From: Nitrospirota bacterium
GTDB lineage: Bacteria > Nitrospirota > UBA9217
DNA: 64,000 nucleotides
Assembly (NCBI GenBank): GCA_963754875.1
Contig: CAVWHO010000005.1
Span: 32,001-96,000 of the forward strand
Direction of reading: 5' to 3'
Positions 31,094 to 41,631 of the stretch are shown here, one piece after another (the first letter of the stretch is position 1; each line of letters begins with the position of its first letter). Below the pieces are notes generated by a model. It made no database searches. It worked only from the letters and a program-made list of their open reading frames with translations, and was not told where the DNA came from. The translations under genes and the position numbers were made by a program.

Positions 31094-31464
31094 CAGAGCG
31101 GGCCGTAAGCCGAGTTCTGTCCCCTGATTGCTCAGGGTGGTGAGCATTTATCTGGGCCGTCGGTTGCCCGACAGCACGAGCGATCTACCCGGAAGTCTAG
31201 GACGGGCCGTCCGTACTCCCGATTGCTCGGGAGACGCTTCCCTATGTGATCTTGCTCCAGGCGGGGTTTTCCAAGCACTCCCGATCGCTCGGGAGTCTGG
31301 TGGGCTCTTGCCCCACCGTTTCACCCTTACCCTTTTGGGGCGGTCTTCTTTTCTGTGGCACTGTCCATGGGGTCGCCCCCTGTCCCATTTCGGGACCGCC
31401 TTGCCCTGCGGAGCTCGGACTTTCCTCCCTCCGTTGCCGGAGAGCGATCACCTCACCCGCTCTG
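31094..31464 (-). ncRNA. rnpB: RNase P RNA (type A)
   Basis: GAGGAAAGTCC near the 5' end, ACAGAACTCGGCTTA near the 3' end, P1 CAGAGCGGG/CCCGCTCTG. Confidence 0.97.
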
Positions 31465-31502
31465 AATGTGAAAGAACATGATTCCAAAATCGGAACCAAG
31501 GA

Positions 31503-31578
31503 TTTTTTTGACCTGATTACGGGATAAAAGCGGATTAAATCTTTAAAAAAATCCTGTCAATCGTGTTAACCTGTCCAA
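31503..31578. repeat. Degenerate palindromic repeat with roughly 9-bp periodic arms
   Basis: TTTTGACCTGATTACGGGATAAAAGCGGAT ... ATCCTGTCAATCGTGTTAACCTGTCCAA. Confidence 0.45.
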
Positions 31579-31609
31579 GACTTGTCCTTTAGTTGCAACT
31601 AACTCCTGA

Positions 31610-32029
31610 CTATTGAATTTTCTCATCGATCGCCTTGTTCGCCAAGGCGTCTGCTTCCTTGTTCATCTCTCTCGGGATGTATTTTACCTCAACGCTCCCG
31701 ATCTTTGCAATAAGCTCCTTGGCCTTCAGGAAGAGCGGCCTGAGCCCTTCATTTTTTACTTTGTACTGACCGTTCAATTGTTTCACCATAAGCTCGGAAT
31801 CGGCATGGAGTTTGACATTCGAAGCGCCGAGTTTTACGGCGTGTTCCAACCCGAAAATTGCCGCCCGGTATTCAGCAATATTGTTCGTGGTGGTGCCGAG
31901 ATAGCGCGCGATCCGCTCTATCGGTTTGCCGTCCTTGAGGATAAAAATACCGGCACCGGCCTCGCCGGGGTTATTCCGCGACGCGCCGTCGGTAAAGATG
32001 GTGAGATACACTTTGCTTGTGATATTCAA
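31610..32029 (-). CDS. rnhA: Ribonuclease HI
   Basis: TDGASRNNPG, TNNIAEY, DSEL, NKEADALAN. Confidence 0.92.
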   Translation of the reverse strand: MNITSKVYLTIFTDGASRNNPGEAGAGIFILKDGKPIERIARYLGTTTNNIAEYRAAIFGLEHAVKLGASNVKLHADSELMVKQLNGQYKVKNEGLRPLFLKAKELIAKIGSVEVKYIPREMNKEADALANKAIDEKIQ

Positions 32030-32113
32030 AAGGGTTCCTTTGCGGGAGGCCGGGAGTCACCGAATGCGATGAGCATGATGACACGATATTTGTTCGGCCA
32101 GATTTGGATCGTA

Positions 32114-32833
32114 CTATTTTGGAACAATCGCCTCTTTATAATACAACATGCGATGGCAGTTGGGACAGGTTATGATGCTTTCATTTTTTTTGACATTCAC
32201 GAATATCTGCGGCGGGATGCTCATGAAGCAGCCGGAGCAGGATTCACTGCGCGCCTCGGCAATGGCGATTCCTGACTTGGTGCTAAACAGCTTCTCATAT
32301 TGACCGAGTATGTCGGGTTGGATACTCTTGACGACCTCCTGCCGTGCCCGTTCTATTCCTTTCAACTCTTCCTCGATCTTCGCAAAATCTGCCTCGAGCT
32401 GCTTCTGCTCCGCCTGGAGGGCGGCTTCTTCCTCCCGGGAACGCTGCTCTGCAGCGGTTATCGCTGCCGCGGCTGCGTCGATCTTTTCCATGAGAGCGAG
32501 GATCTCGTCCTCGATGGCCCTGTTCTCTTTTTCGCCGGTCTCGATCTCCTTGAGCAAGGCCTGGTATTCCTTGTTGTTCTTGATCTCCGAGGACCGGGTC
32601 TTCAGTTTTTCGACCTTCTGGGCTCCTGCTTCCAGGTCCTGATCGCGGTCCCGCTTGTTCTTCTGGGCCGCCTGGAGCGCTTCCTTGACGCTTTCGAGGT
32701 TTGCCTTGTTCGCCTCGCGTTTCCGCTCGAGGCCGGCGAGGAACTCCGGCAGGCGTTTTTTCTGCCCCGTGAGGGAGCGGATCTTACCATCGACTTCTTG
32801 AAGCTGAATAAGCAAGCTGAGCTGTTGGTCCAT
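32114..32833 (-). CDS. Coiled-coil / C4 zinc-ribbon protein (DUF164-like)
   Basis: LQEVD start, long coiled coil, CSGCFMSIPPQ...CPNCHRML. Confidence 0.9.
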   Translation of the reverse strand: MDQQLSLLIQLQEVDGKIRSLTGQKKRLPEFLAGLERKREANKANLESVKEALQAAQKNKRDRDQDLEAGAQKVEKLKTRSSEIKNNKEYQALLKEIETGEKENRAIEDEILALMEKIDAAAAAITAAEQRSREEEAALQAEQKQLEADFAKIEEELKGIERARQEVVKSIQPDILGQYEKLFSTKSGIAIAEARSESCSGCFMSIPPQIFVNVKKNESIITCPNCHRMLYYKEAIVPK

Positions 32834-32950
32834 CAGGCCTCCAAAAATAAAAAATGCGCCTATTGGCGCATTTCTACGGATTATTCGTGCTCTTTTTTCC
32901 CCTGCAATTGGCAAACGGTGTAAACAACATTGTCTTCTCCCTTTTGAAGA

Positions 32951-33026
32951 TGGTGGGCCCACCAGGACTCGAACCTGGGACCAACCGGTTATGAGCCGGT
33001 AGCTCTACCAGCTGAGCTATGGGCCC
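32951..33026 (-). tRNA. tRNA with CAT anticodon, most likely tRNA-Ile2 (lysidine)
   Basis: 76-nt cloverleaf GGGCCCATAGCTCAG...CTCATAA...GTTCGAGTCC...CACCA; typical position downstream of rpoD. Confidence 0.95.
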
Positions 33027-33175
33027 CCATGGGGGCAACGAGCAGACTCCTCATCGTACGCACGACCAGGACACCGGTCCGGCGCTCGGTGCGGATTTCA
33101 TTGCTGGTACCTGAAGCCTGTTGCACACGGCCCTCTATAATGTCAGAACCGGGCGAAAATGTCAAGGTGCGTATG

Positions 33176-34978
33176 CTACTCGATGAAACTTTTGAGCTGC
33201 TTGCTCCTGCTCGGGTGGCGCAGCTTCCGCAAGGCCTTCGCCTCGATCTGGCGGATGCGCTCGCGGGTGACGTCGAATTCCTGGCCCACTTCTTCAAGCG
33301 TGTGGTCAGTCTGCTCGCCGATGCCGAAGCGCCAACGGAGCACCTTTTCCTCGCGTTCCGTCAGGGTGTTCAGCACCCTGCGTACCTGCTGGTGGAGGTT
33401 CTTCCGGATCGCCGACTCGAGCGGCGAGGCCACCTTCTTGTCCTCGATGAAGTCCCCCAGATGGCTGTCCTCTTCCTCACCGATGGGGGTCTCAAGCGAG
33501 ATCGGTTCCTTCGCAATCTTCATGATCTTGCGGACCTTTTCTACCGGCAGCTTCATAGACGAGGCGATTTCCTCGGTTGTCGGTTCCCTGCCGAGGTCCT
33601 GGACGAGGCCGCGCGAGGTGCGGATGAGCTTGTTCATGGTCTCGATCATGTGCACGGGGATGCGGATAGTGCGGGCCTGGTCCGCGATGGCCCGGGTGAT
33701 CGCCTGCCTGATCCACCACGTGGCATAGGTGCTGAATTTATACCCGCGCTGCCACTCGAACTTGTCCACGGCTTTCATAAGGCCGATGTTTCCTTCCTGG
33801 ATGAGGTCGAGGAACTGGAGTCCGCGGTTGGTATACTTCTTGGCAATGGAAACCACAAGCCGGAGGTTCGCTTCCACCAGCTCGCTCTTCGCATATTTGG
33901 CACGCTCTTCAGCCCGTTCATAGGCCCTGAGCACTTTTTTCAGTTCCTCGGCGGAGACACCGCAGTCCGTCTCGATGTTCTTCATGCGCTTGACCGCATT
34001 TCGGTACGTTTTTTCCATCCCCAGGAGCGCATCCTGTTTCATTTCCAGCCTGCGCGCTGCATTCTTCAACTCTCGCTCTCCCAGCCGCATCTTTTTAAAG
34101 ACGTCTTTCACCTCGGAGATTGCTAGGCCCGTTTTACGCTCGAGCCCGTGGATCTCGCGTTCGGAGAGCTGCACCTCGCCCACCATCTCGCGCAGTTTTA
34201 TGACCAGCCGGTCGGTCTGGCGGCAGTGGATGTTCAGCGCCTCCAGTTTATCGAAGAGGGCGTACCGCGTCGTTTGCATCTTCTCGCGGAGGTTCTTCTT
34301 GCGGGCCTCGGTGCACCGGCTGCTCATAACATGGTTCGTGAGCGTGGTGAGTTCCTTGCTGTGGCGGTCGATCTCGGCAATGAGCTTGATCACCCGGGCA
34401 TGGAGCTCCTCCTCGTTCTGGCTCTGGAGTTCGTCGAAATCATCGTCTCCCGCGTGGACGACTTCGTTGATGCTGATCTTCCCTTTCCGCAGCTTATCGC
34501 CGAGGTCGCGGACGTCCTGGAGTGCGAACGGAAGGCTGTAGAGGATCTGGGCTGCTTCGCGCTTGCCCTCCTCGATCCGCTTCGCGATCGCCACCTCGCC
34601 TTCTTTCGACAGGAGCGGCACCGTGCCCATTTCCTTCAGGTACAGGCGGACGGGGTCGTCGGTCTTGCCTACACCGACCTCGACCTCCTCTTCTTCAACG
34701 TCTTCCTCGGCAGCGTCTTCCAGGCTCACGTCGTCCGGCTCGACGCCTTCCTCCAGTTCGTCTTCGGCATGCTGGCGGGCCTTGCCGTCGTGCCGTGAAT
34801 CGGAGATATCGAGGTCTATTTCGCCGTCGCCGAACAGAGAGATGATGCTGTCGAGCTGCTCCGTAGAAACATCTTCATGAGGAATGGGTTCCTGCGTTTC
34901 TTCAAAGGGAACGTAAGCGCGCTCTTTTCCCGCTCCGTTCGTTTTTTTGGAATCTCCTGGTTTGCCCCGCTTTGACAT
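33176..34978 (-). CDS. rpoD: Primary sigma factor RpoD
   Basis: [45 protein letters not shown]. Confidence 0.98.
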   Translation of the reverse strand: MSKRGKPGDSKKTNGAGKERAYVPFEETQEPIPHEDVSTEQLDSIISLFGDGEIDLDISDSRHDGKARQHAEDELEEGVEPDDVSLEDAAEEDVEEEEVEVGVGKTDDPVRLYLKEMGTVPLLSKEGEVAIAKRIEEGKREAAQILYSLPFALQDVRDLGDKLRKGKISINEVVHAGDDDFDELQSQNEEELHARVIKLIAEIDRHSKELTTLTNHVMSSRCTEARKKNLREKMQTTRYALFDKLEALNIHCRQTDRLVIKLREMVGEVQLSEREIHGLERKTGLAISEVKDVFKKMRLGERELKNAARRLEMKQDALLGMEKTYRNAVKRMKNIETDCGVSAEELKKVLRAYERAEERAKYAKSELVEANLRLVVSIAKKYTNRGLQFLDLIQEGNIGLMKAVDKFEWQRGYKFSTYATWWIRQAITRAIADQARTIRIPVHMIETMNKLIRTSRGLVQDLGREPTTEEIASSMKLPVEKVRKIMKIAKEPISLETPIGEEEDSHLGDFIEDKKVASPLESAIRKNLHQQVRRVLNTLTEREEKVLRWRFGIGEQTDHTLEEVGQEFDVTRERIRQIEAKALRKLRHPSRSKQLKSFIE

Positions 34979-35061
34979 ACTCTGGTGCTCCTTTTGTGCG
35001 GCAGCGTTCACGCTGTCACGATTTATGCGCTAAAAAGATTTGTCTCGATGCCATCCCGTTC

Positions 35062-36840
35062 CTAGAGTCCGGGAATGCGCCGCCCCGGACGGCGGCACAA
35101 CTGCTGTTGTTCCTCGAGCAGCCGTTTATACTCTGCGGTGTTGCCTTGTTCTTCTGCGTCCTTGAGCGCCCGTACGATCTGTTTCATCTGTCTCTCCGGG
35201 TCCTGCTGCTTGATGGCATCGACGCAATCCTGGCAGTGCTTTCCCGGATCGTCGTACTCCATCTCGAGGACAGCATAGTGTGAGAGCAGCCTATTCAGCT
35301 CTTCATCGCCGTCCTGCATCAGCGCCCGTAAATCGAGCGAACCCGTCGCACCCAGGACACCGAAAATCCGCTCCACCGCGCGACGGAACAGGGGGTCGGA
35401 AAAATCCTGGGGCCTCAGCTGTGTTTGCAGGCTCCGCGCGATGCCCTCATCCTTCAGCATGAGGTGGACCAGGATCTCTTCGGCCTTTGGCCGGTGACCT
35501 CGTGAAGGAGTTGATGCTTTCGCGCCTCCCGCCGGTGTCGCAGCGTGCTTTCCCTGTTTTGGCATTTCCTGCCTGAGCACGGCCTCGTCGAGGTCAAGGG
35601 CCTCGGCTGTTTTTTTCAAATAGTGGTCCCGCTCGATGCCGCTTGCAAGCTTGGCAATGAACTCCAGCATTTCCCCGGCCTTCTCGACCTTTTCGTCGAT
35701 CGAGGCCGCAGTGCCCTTCTTCACCACCTGGGCCAGAACAAAGTCCATGAGCTTTACGGACTGGCGCAGGTGCGCTGCGAAAACCTCCGCACCGTGCTTC
35801 TGGAGAAACGTGTCCGGATCGTCATTGTCCGGGAGCGATACCACATTCACCTTCATCCCGCTCGCGACGAAAAGGTCAAAGCCCCGGAGCGACGCCTTTA
35901 CCCCTGCGGGATCGGGGTCGAAGATCAAAACGAGCTTGTCGGCAAACCGCCGCATGAGCCGCAGATGCCCTTCGGTCAGCGCCGTGCCGAGCGTGGCCAC
36001 CGCGTTCCGCACCCCGAACTGGTGGCAGGCAATCGCGTCGAGGTATCCCTCGACGATGATGAAATATCCCTGTTTGCGGCCCGCATCCTTGGCCGCCTCG
36101 AGACAATAGAGTGTGTTGCTCTTGCTGTAAAGCGGGGTCTCCGAGGAATTCAAATACTTCGGCAGCGCGTTGTCCATTACCCTGCCGCCGAAGGCGATGA
36201 TGTTCCCCGCTATATCGCTGATCGGGAACATAATCCTTCCCCGGAACCGGTCGTAATGACCTTCTCCTTCGCTCCGCTTTACGACGAGCCCGGCTTTTTC
36301 CATCTGGCCGGAGGTGTAGCCCTTTTGCTTGAGATGCCGGAGGAGGCCGTCCCATTCAGGCCGGGCAAAGCCGAGGCCGAAGGCCTGAATAACGGCGGCA
36401 CTGACTCCCCGCTTCGCCAGGTATGCCCGGGCCTGGGTTCCCGCCGGCCCTTCCAGTTCCTTCCGGTAATACTGTGCAGCTTCGTCGACGATCGCGAGGA
36501 GCGCCGCGCGCTCATCAGCAGATTTTTTGTCCTCCTGCCGCGACCTGCTGTCCGCGGGCAGCGCGATCCCGGAGCGTTCCGCCAGCTTCCTGACCGCTTC
36601 GGGAAAGTTCAGTCCGTCCTGCAGTTCGACGAACTTGAACACGTCGCCGCCGGTGCCGCACCCGAAGCAATGGAAAATCTGCTTGTCCGGGTTGACCGTG
36701 AACGACGGGGTCTTCTCGCTGTGAAAAGGACAGAGCCCCGTATGGTTCTTGCCCGTCTTCTTCAGGGACACATATCCGGAAATGAGATCAACGATGTCGA
36801 CGCTGTCCCTGACCCGGCTTATGAGATCATCGGAGAACAC
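35062..36840 (-). CDS. dnaG: DNA primase
   Basis: CPFH..CFGC zinc finger, KYLNS, EGYLD, FDPD, DPD. Confidence 0.98.
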   Translation of the reverse strand: MFSDDLISRVRDSVDIVDLISGYVSLKKTGKNHTGLCPFHSEKTPSFTVNPDKQIFHCFGCGTGGDVFKFVELQDGLNFPEAVRKLAERSGIALPADSRSRQEDKKSADERAALLAIVDEAAQYYRKELEGPAGTQARAYLAKRGVSAAVIQAFGLGFARPEWDGLLRHLKQKGYTSGQMEKAGLVVKRSEGEGHYDRFRGRIMFPISDIAGNIIAFGGRVMDNALPKYLNSSETPLYSKSNTLYCLEAAKDAGRKQGYFIIVEGYLDAIACHQFGVRNAVATLGTALTEGHLRLMRRFADKLVLIFDPDPAGVKASLRGFDLFVASGMKVNVVSLPDNDDPDTFLQKHGAEVFAAHLRQSVKLMDFVLAQVVKKGTAASIDEKVEKAGEMLEFIAKLASGIERDHYLKKTAEALDLDEAVLRQEMPKQGKHAATPAGGAKASTPSRGHRPKAEEILVHLMLKDEGIARSLQTQLRPQDFSDPLFRRAVERIFGVLGATGSLDLRALMQDGDEELNRLLSHYAVLEMEYDDPGKHCQDCVDAIKQQDPERQMKQIVRALKDAEEQGNTAEYKRLLEEQQQLCRRPGRRIPGL

Positions 36841-36841
36841 G

Positions 36842-39208
36842 TTATTTTTTCAGCTCCGCCACCGTTATGCCTGCGCCGCCTTCAGCCGGCTCTCCGGGCC
36901 GGATGGACGAGACGAGCGGATGGTTCTTCAGAAATTCCGTAACCGCGGCTTTGAGCGCACCCGTTCCCAGCCCGTGGATCACGGTTACGATCGAGAAGTG
37001 GCTGAGCCCTGCCCGATCGATAAAGCGGTCGACCTCGGCCAGTCCCTCTTCCACGCGGAGACCGATGATGTTCAACCGGTCCGAAGCGTCTTCTTCCTCG
37101 TGAAGTTCCGTGCCCCATCCGGAAACAGCCGCACCTGGACGCTGCCCCACGAGAGGCTCTGCTGGCGCCACCTCTGTTGCCTGGAGCCTGATCTTTTTTC
37201 CGGATACCTCAAGCTCGACCGTGTCCCGGTTCAGAGCAAGAACGGTCCCCGTCTTGTTCAGCCTCGTTATCCTCACCCTGTCGCCGGCGTTAATGTTTTT
37301 GACGAATGCGGGGCTTGCCGGCTGCGGCTCGATACCAGGCTCAAGCTTCCTGTTGAGCGCCTCGATTTCCGCGCTCACCTTTTTGGCTTCTGCCTGTTCA
37401 ATGATCGCCCTGCGGGAAAGCTCGCGAAGCCTCTGCCTGAGCGAGGACAGCACCTCTCGCGCTTCCAGCCGTGCCTGGGTTCGCAGGTTCCGAACTTCTT
37501 CCCTCGCTGCCTGGAGCCGGGAAGCCGCTTCGTTGCGGTCGTTCAATGCTGTTGATCGGTCTTGTTCAAGTGCTTGCCGCTCGATGTCGAGCCGGCGGGA
37601 TTCATCCTCTACGTGCTTGAGCAGGTCCTCAAGCCGGGTGTCGTCCTCGCCGAGCCTCGCGCGTGCGCGGTCGATTACTTCCGAGGGGACGCCGAGCCTC
37701 GCTGCCATGTCCAGTCCGTAGCTCCTGCCGGGCCGTCCCGGGATGAGACGGTACGTGGGCTTGAGCGTCTGCGGGTCGAACTCCATGGCTGCATTCACGG
37801 CGCCGCTCGTCTCAGAACCGAAGAGCTTGAGAGCATTGTGGTGCGTCGTCACGAGGGAGATGCTGCCCCGCTCCATCAGACTTTCGAGCACCGCCGCGCC
37901 GAGGCCCGCTCCCTCGCCCGGCTCGGTACCTGATCCCAGTTCGTCGAGCAGAACCAGGGAATCCTTGTCCGCCTTTTGCAAAATGCCGGCGATCTGGCTC
38001 ACATGGGAGGAGAAGGTGCTCAGGTCCTGTTCAATGCTTTGTTCATCGCCGATGTCGGCAAACATTGAACCGAAGCACGGAAGCTCGCTCCCCTCGGCAG
38101 CGGTAATGGGCAGCCCGGACTGCGCCATGAGGCTTAAGAGCCCCACGGTTTTCAGGATCACGGTTTTCCCGCCCGCATTCGGACCGCTGATAACCAGCGC
38201 CCGATCGCGGTCGCTGAGCATGATGTCATTCGGTTTCACAGCGCTGCCGCCCGTGAACTTCTGCTTCCACGTGAGCAACGGATGCCGGGCACTGCGAAGC
38301 CGCATGCTTCGTTCGCGGGTCAGCAGGGGAATGGCGCCGTTATAGTCCTTCCCGAACCGTGCCCGGGCGTAAACGCCATCGATCTCGGCGAGGGCCTCGA
38401 TCGTTTCCTCGATCGTGCCGGCTTCCTGTGACAAAAGACCGGTCAGTTCCCGCAGAATGCGCTCTACCTCGTCGCGCTCCTCCATGCGGAGCTCGGCAAG
38501 CCGGTTGTTCTGTTCCAGCACGTCGAGGGGCTCCACAAAGAGCGTCGCCCGCGAGCCGGACTGGCCGTGCACGACGCCTTTGATGCTCTGCCGGAAACCG
38601 GGTTTGAGCGGAAGCACGTACCGGTCGTCACGGATCGTGACCACCGGCTCCTGAATGATCTTCTGAAAACCGCTGTCCTGGAGGATTCCCGACATGCGGG
38701 AAAGGACCTCGTCCCGCGTCCGCGCCAGCAGCTTGCGGATCTTGCGGAGAGCGGGGCTGGCAGCGTCCTTGACATCCGCCCGCTCGTCTATTGCCGCGAA
38801 AACCGCGTCCTCGATATGCTTCAGCGGCCGGATCCTGTCGGCTTTCGCCGTAAGGAGCGGCGATGCACTTTTTCCTTCGATCCTCTGAAAAAACTGCTTA
38901 ACCCTTCGTGCGGCGCCCAGTGTCGCTGCCGTATTCAGCAGCTCGGCCGGAACGAGCGTACTTCCGCGTGCGCCGAGTTTTGCAACCGCTGGCCCGATAG
39001 CAAGAATGCCGTCCAAAGGCGGGTTCTCACCGCGCTCCAGGATCCGGAGAAATTCATTCGTTTCCCTGAGGCGCTCTTCGGCAATTGAGCGCTCTTCTGC
39101 CGGCAGCATGTTGAGTACCGCTTGTTTCCCGACTTCCGAAGCTGCATATCCGGCAACAATGTTTACAATTTTGTCAAATTCAAGGACCCGCAGGGTATGT
39201 TCATTCAT
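36842..39208 (-). CDS. mutS2: Endonuclease MutS2
   Basis: GPNAGGKT, DIGDEQS, STFSSH, DELGSGT, C-terminal Smr IHGLGTG. Confidence 0.95.
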   Translation of the reverse strand: MNEHTLRVLEFDKIVNIVAGYAASEVGKQAVLNMLPAEERSIAEERLRETNEFLRILERGENPPLDGILAIGPAVAKLGARGSTLVPAELLNTAATLGAARRVKQFFQRIEGKSASPLLTAKADRIRPLKHIEDAVFAAIDERADVKDAASPALRKIRKLLARTRDEVLSRMSGILQDSGFQKIIQEPVVTIRDDRYVLPLKPGFRQSIKGVVHGQSGSRATLFVEPLDVLEQNNRLAELRMEERDEVERILRELTGLLSQEAGTIEETIEALAEIDGVYARARFGKDYNGAIPLLTRERSMRLRSARHPLLTWKQKFTGGSAVKPNDIMLSDRDRALVISGPNAGGKTVILKTVGLLSLMAQSGLPITAAEGSELPCFGSMFADIGDEQSIEQDLSTFSSHVSQIAGILQKADKDSLVLLDELGSGTEPGEGAGLGAAVLESLMERGSISLVTTHHNALKLFGSETSGAVNAAMEFDPQTLKPTYRLIPGRPGRSYGLDMAARLGVPSEVIDRARARLGEDDTRLEDLLKHVEDESRRLDIERQALEQDRSTALNDRNEAASRLQAAREEVRNLRTQARLEAREVLSSLRQRLRELSRRAIIEQAEAKKVSAEIEALNRKLEPGIEPQPASPAFVKNINAGDRVRITRLNKTGTVLALNRDTVELEVSGKKIRLQATEVAPAEPLVGQRPGAAVSGWGTELHEEEDASDRLNIIGLRVEEGLAEVDRFIDRAGLSHFSIVTVIHGLGTGALKAAVTEFLKNHPLVSSIRPGEPAEGGAGITVAELKK

Positions 39209-39433
39209 AGATCACACCGCAGGCTGCTCATTCATTCGGCCCGCTTCTGGCCAGGGCCTGAGCACGCTGTCCTCTGCAGACGTTCCCGGAGTTCATTGAT
39301 GGATTGTTGATACAGGTTGATTACTTGGGGGATCAAATAAAAACTCCTAAAAAAATCAGGGGGCCTCGGTCTTGATGGCCCCCTGCGTCCGGCTTAATTA
39401 AAAAATACCATGCCTTTTACCTGACAGAGTTCG

Positions 39434-39877
39434 TTATCCCAGTGCATTTTTTACCAGCTCGCTGACCAGTTTTCCGTCGGCGCGCCCGCCCACCATGGGA
39501 ATGAGCGCTTTCATGACCTTGCCCATGTCCTTTGCGCCTTGCGCTCCGGTCTGGGAAATGGCGTCCCGAACCATTACTTCAAGTTCTTCCCGCGCCAGCT
39601 GTTTCGGCAGGTACACTTCGAGCACTGCGATTTCAGCAGTCTCCTTGTCAACGAGATCCTGCCTGTTGCCTTTGGTAAATTGCTCGATCGAATCCCGGCG
39701 CTGTTTGATAAGCGTCCGCGTGGTTTCGAGCACTTCTTCTTCGGTCAGCGGCCGCCTCTTGTCGATCTGCTTATTTTTCAGCGCGGCGTTTAGCATGCGC
39801 AGAGTAGAAACTTTGTCTTTCGCGCCGGACTTGAGGGCATCCTTTGTATCCGCTTCGATTTTCGAACGTAATTCCAT
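39434..39877 (-). CDS. GatB/YqeY domain protein
   Basis: KQRRDSIEQF, YLPKQL, KDMGKVM, ADGK. Confidence 0.93.
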   Translation of the reverse strand: MELRSKIEADTKDALKSGAKDKVSTLRMLNAALKNKQIDKRRPLTEEEVLETTRTLIKQRRDSIEQFTKGNRQDLVDKETAEIAVLEVYLPKQLAREELEVMVRDAISQTGAQGAKDMGKVMKALIPMVGGRADGKLVSELVKNALG

Positions 39878-39942
39878 TCCGCCCCTCTCATCAGCCAAAA
39901 ACGTCCGAATGGCACAATACCCGAACCGTGCCACACCGGTGT

Positions 39943-40143
39943 TTAGTTATGCCTGGATAGGCGAGCTGTCTTAGCCGCTTTCTTTCGAGCAGCCAATGCT
40001 TTTTTCTTGCGCTTAACACTGGGCTTCTCGTAATGCTCCCTCTTTTTGACCTCGGAAAGCACGCCTTCTTTTTCAATGCTTTTTTTAAATCTCCGAAGTG
40101 CGGCCTCAAAGGGCTCATTCTCCCTTAACCGTATACTTGGCAC
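39943..40143 (-). CDS. rpsU: 30S ribosomal protein S21
   Basis: ALRRFKK...REHYEKPS. Confidence 0.96.
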   Translation of the reverse strand: MPSIRLRENEPFEAALRRFKKSIEKEGVLSEVKKREHYEKPSVKRKKKALAARKKAAKTARLSRHN

Positions 40144-40386
40144 TCTCGCTACACCCCCCCTCCAGATGCAACACATTGTAATATATAAGTAATTATTGAT
40201 TTAATGCGTTCGAAAAACGCTCTTAACGGTATAAATAACGATACCGCTCCTTCTTGATCTTGAGAAGCGGCATAATCATTAAAATTAACGAGTTTATTGG
40301 TGAAAGTCAAGGGAAATTATTGTCACTTTTTCAGTCAGTTTCAGAGCAAAACCATATGAGCACAAACTACCACTCCCTTACCATGG

Positions 40387-41592
40387 TCAACTCCGGTAGG
40401 CGGCATTGATCTTGACATATTCATAGGACATGTCGCATGTCCAGACCGTGGCATTCCCCTTGCCCTTGTGCAGATCAATGCTGATCTGGATATCCCGCTG
40501 TTTAAGAGCGAGCGCTGCTTCGCGCTCGGCTGCCTTGCCCTGGCCCAGGCCTTTTTCGACGATTTTTGCCTTGCCGATCGAAATGTCCGTCCTTGCCTCG
40601 TCCATATCTACGCCTGCATACCCCAGGGCTGCCATGATTCTTCCCCAGTTTGCATCTTCTCCGAAGAGCGCGGTTTTTACGAGGCTTGACTTGGCAACGG
40701 TCGAAGCTGCACGTTTGGCTTCGACCGGGTTTTTCGCGTTCCGCACTTCGATCTCCACGAACTTCGTCGCACCTTCTCCGTCGCGCACAACCTGTTTGGC
40801 AAGCGACAAAGTGATCGTGTCGAGGCATGCCTGAAACTTTTTGAATTCTTTGGTTCCGGGGGCGATTCTCTTGTTTCCCGCAGCGCCGTTCGCCATGCAC
40901 AGAATTGTATCGTTCGTGCTGGTCTCGCCGTCCACCGTGATATTATTAAAAGATCGCTCGGTCGAAGCGAGCAATGCTTTCTTGAACAGCGGGGCGGCTA
41001 TGGCCGCATCGGTCACGATAAAACAGAGCATCGTCGCCATGTCCGGGTGAATCATCCCCGATCCCTTGGCAATGCCCCCGACCGTAATCGTCTTGCCGCC
41101 GATCTCTTCCTGGACAATGGACAGTTTTGGATACATGTCCGTGGTCATGATCGCCTCTGCCGCCTGCTCCCAACCGGTCGCAGAGAGGAGTCCTGCCGCA
41201 GTCGATATGCCCATCGATAGTTTCGGCACCGGCAGGAACTCTCCGATGACCCCGGTTGAGGCCACGTACACGGCGTCCGGTTTGAGGCCGAACGTACGAG
41301 CGGCCACTTCAGCCGTTGCGCGTGCGTCTGCAAGACCGCGTTTCCCGGTGCAGGCGTTGGCACAGCCGCTGTTTGCAATAATCACCTGCCCCTTGCCGGA
41401 CTTTATTTTTGCCATATCCAGGAGAACGGGCGCCGCCTTCACGCGGTTTTTTGTAAATACACCGACGACCGAGGCCTCGCGATCGGAATGGACGATCGCC
41501 AGGTCTTTTTTCTCGTTCTTCTTGATCCCGCACGAGATGCCCCACACCTTGTAGCCAGGAACGGAAAAACTTTTTGTATCCAGAGTCCTCAT
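40387..41592 (-). CDS. argJ: Ornithine acetyltransferase
   Basis: KGSGMIHPDMATML, DGETSTND, DGEGATK, DANWGR. Confidence 0.97.
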   Translation of the reverse strand: MRTLDTKSFSVPGYKVWGISCGIKKNEKKDLAIVHSDREASVVGVFTKNRVKAAPVLLDMAKIKSGKGQVIIANSGCANACTGKRGLADARATAEVAARTFGLKPDAVYVASTGVIGEFLPVPKLSMGISTAAGLLSATGWEQAAEAIMTTDMYPKLSIVQEEIGGKTITVGGIAKGSGMIHPDMATMLCFIVTDAAIAAPLFKKALLASTERSFNNITVDGETSTNDTILCMANGAAGNKRIAPGTKEFKKFQACLDTITLSLAKQVVRDGEGATKFVEIEVRNAKNPVEAKRAASTVAKSSLVKTALFGEDANWGRIMAALGYAGVDMDEARTDISIGKAKIVEKGLGQGKAAEREAALALKQRDIQISIDLHKGKGNATVWTCDMSYEYVKINAAYRS

Positions 41593-41631
41593 GAGTTTAC
41601 CCCTGTCAGAACAGTGATTTGGATACTTCTA

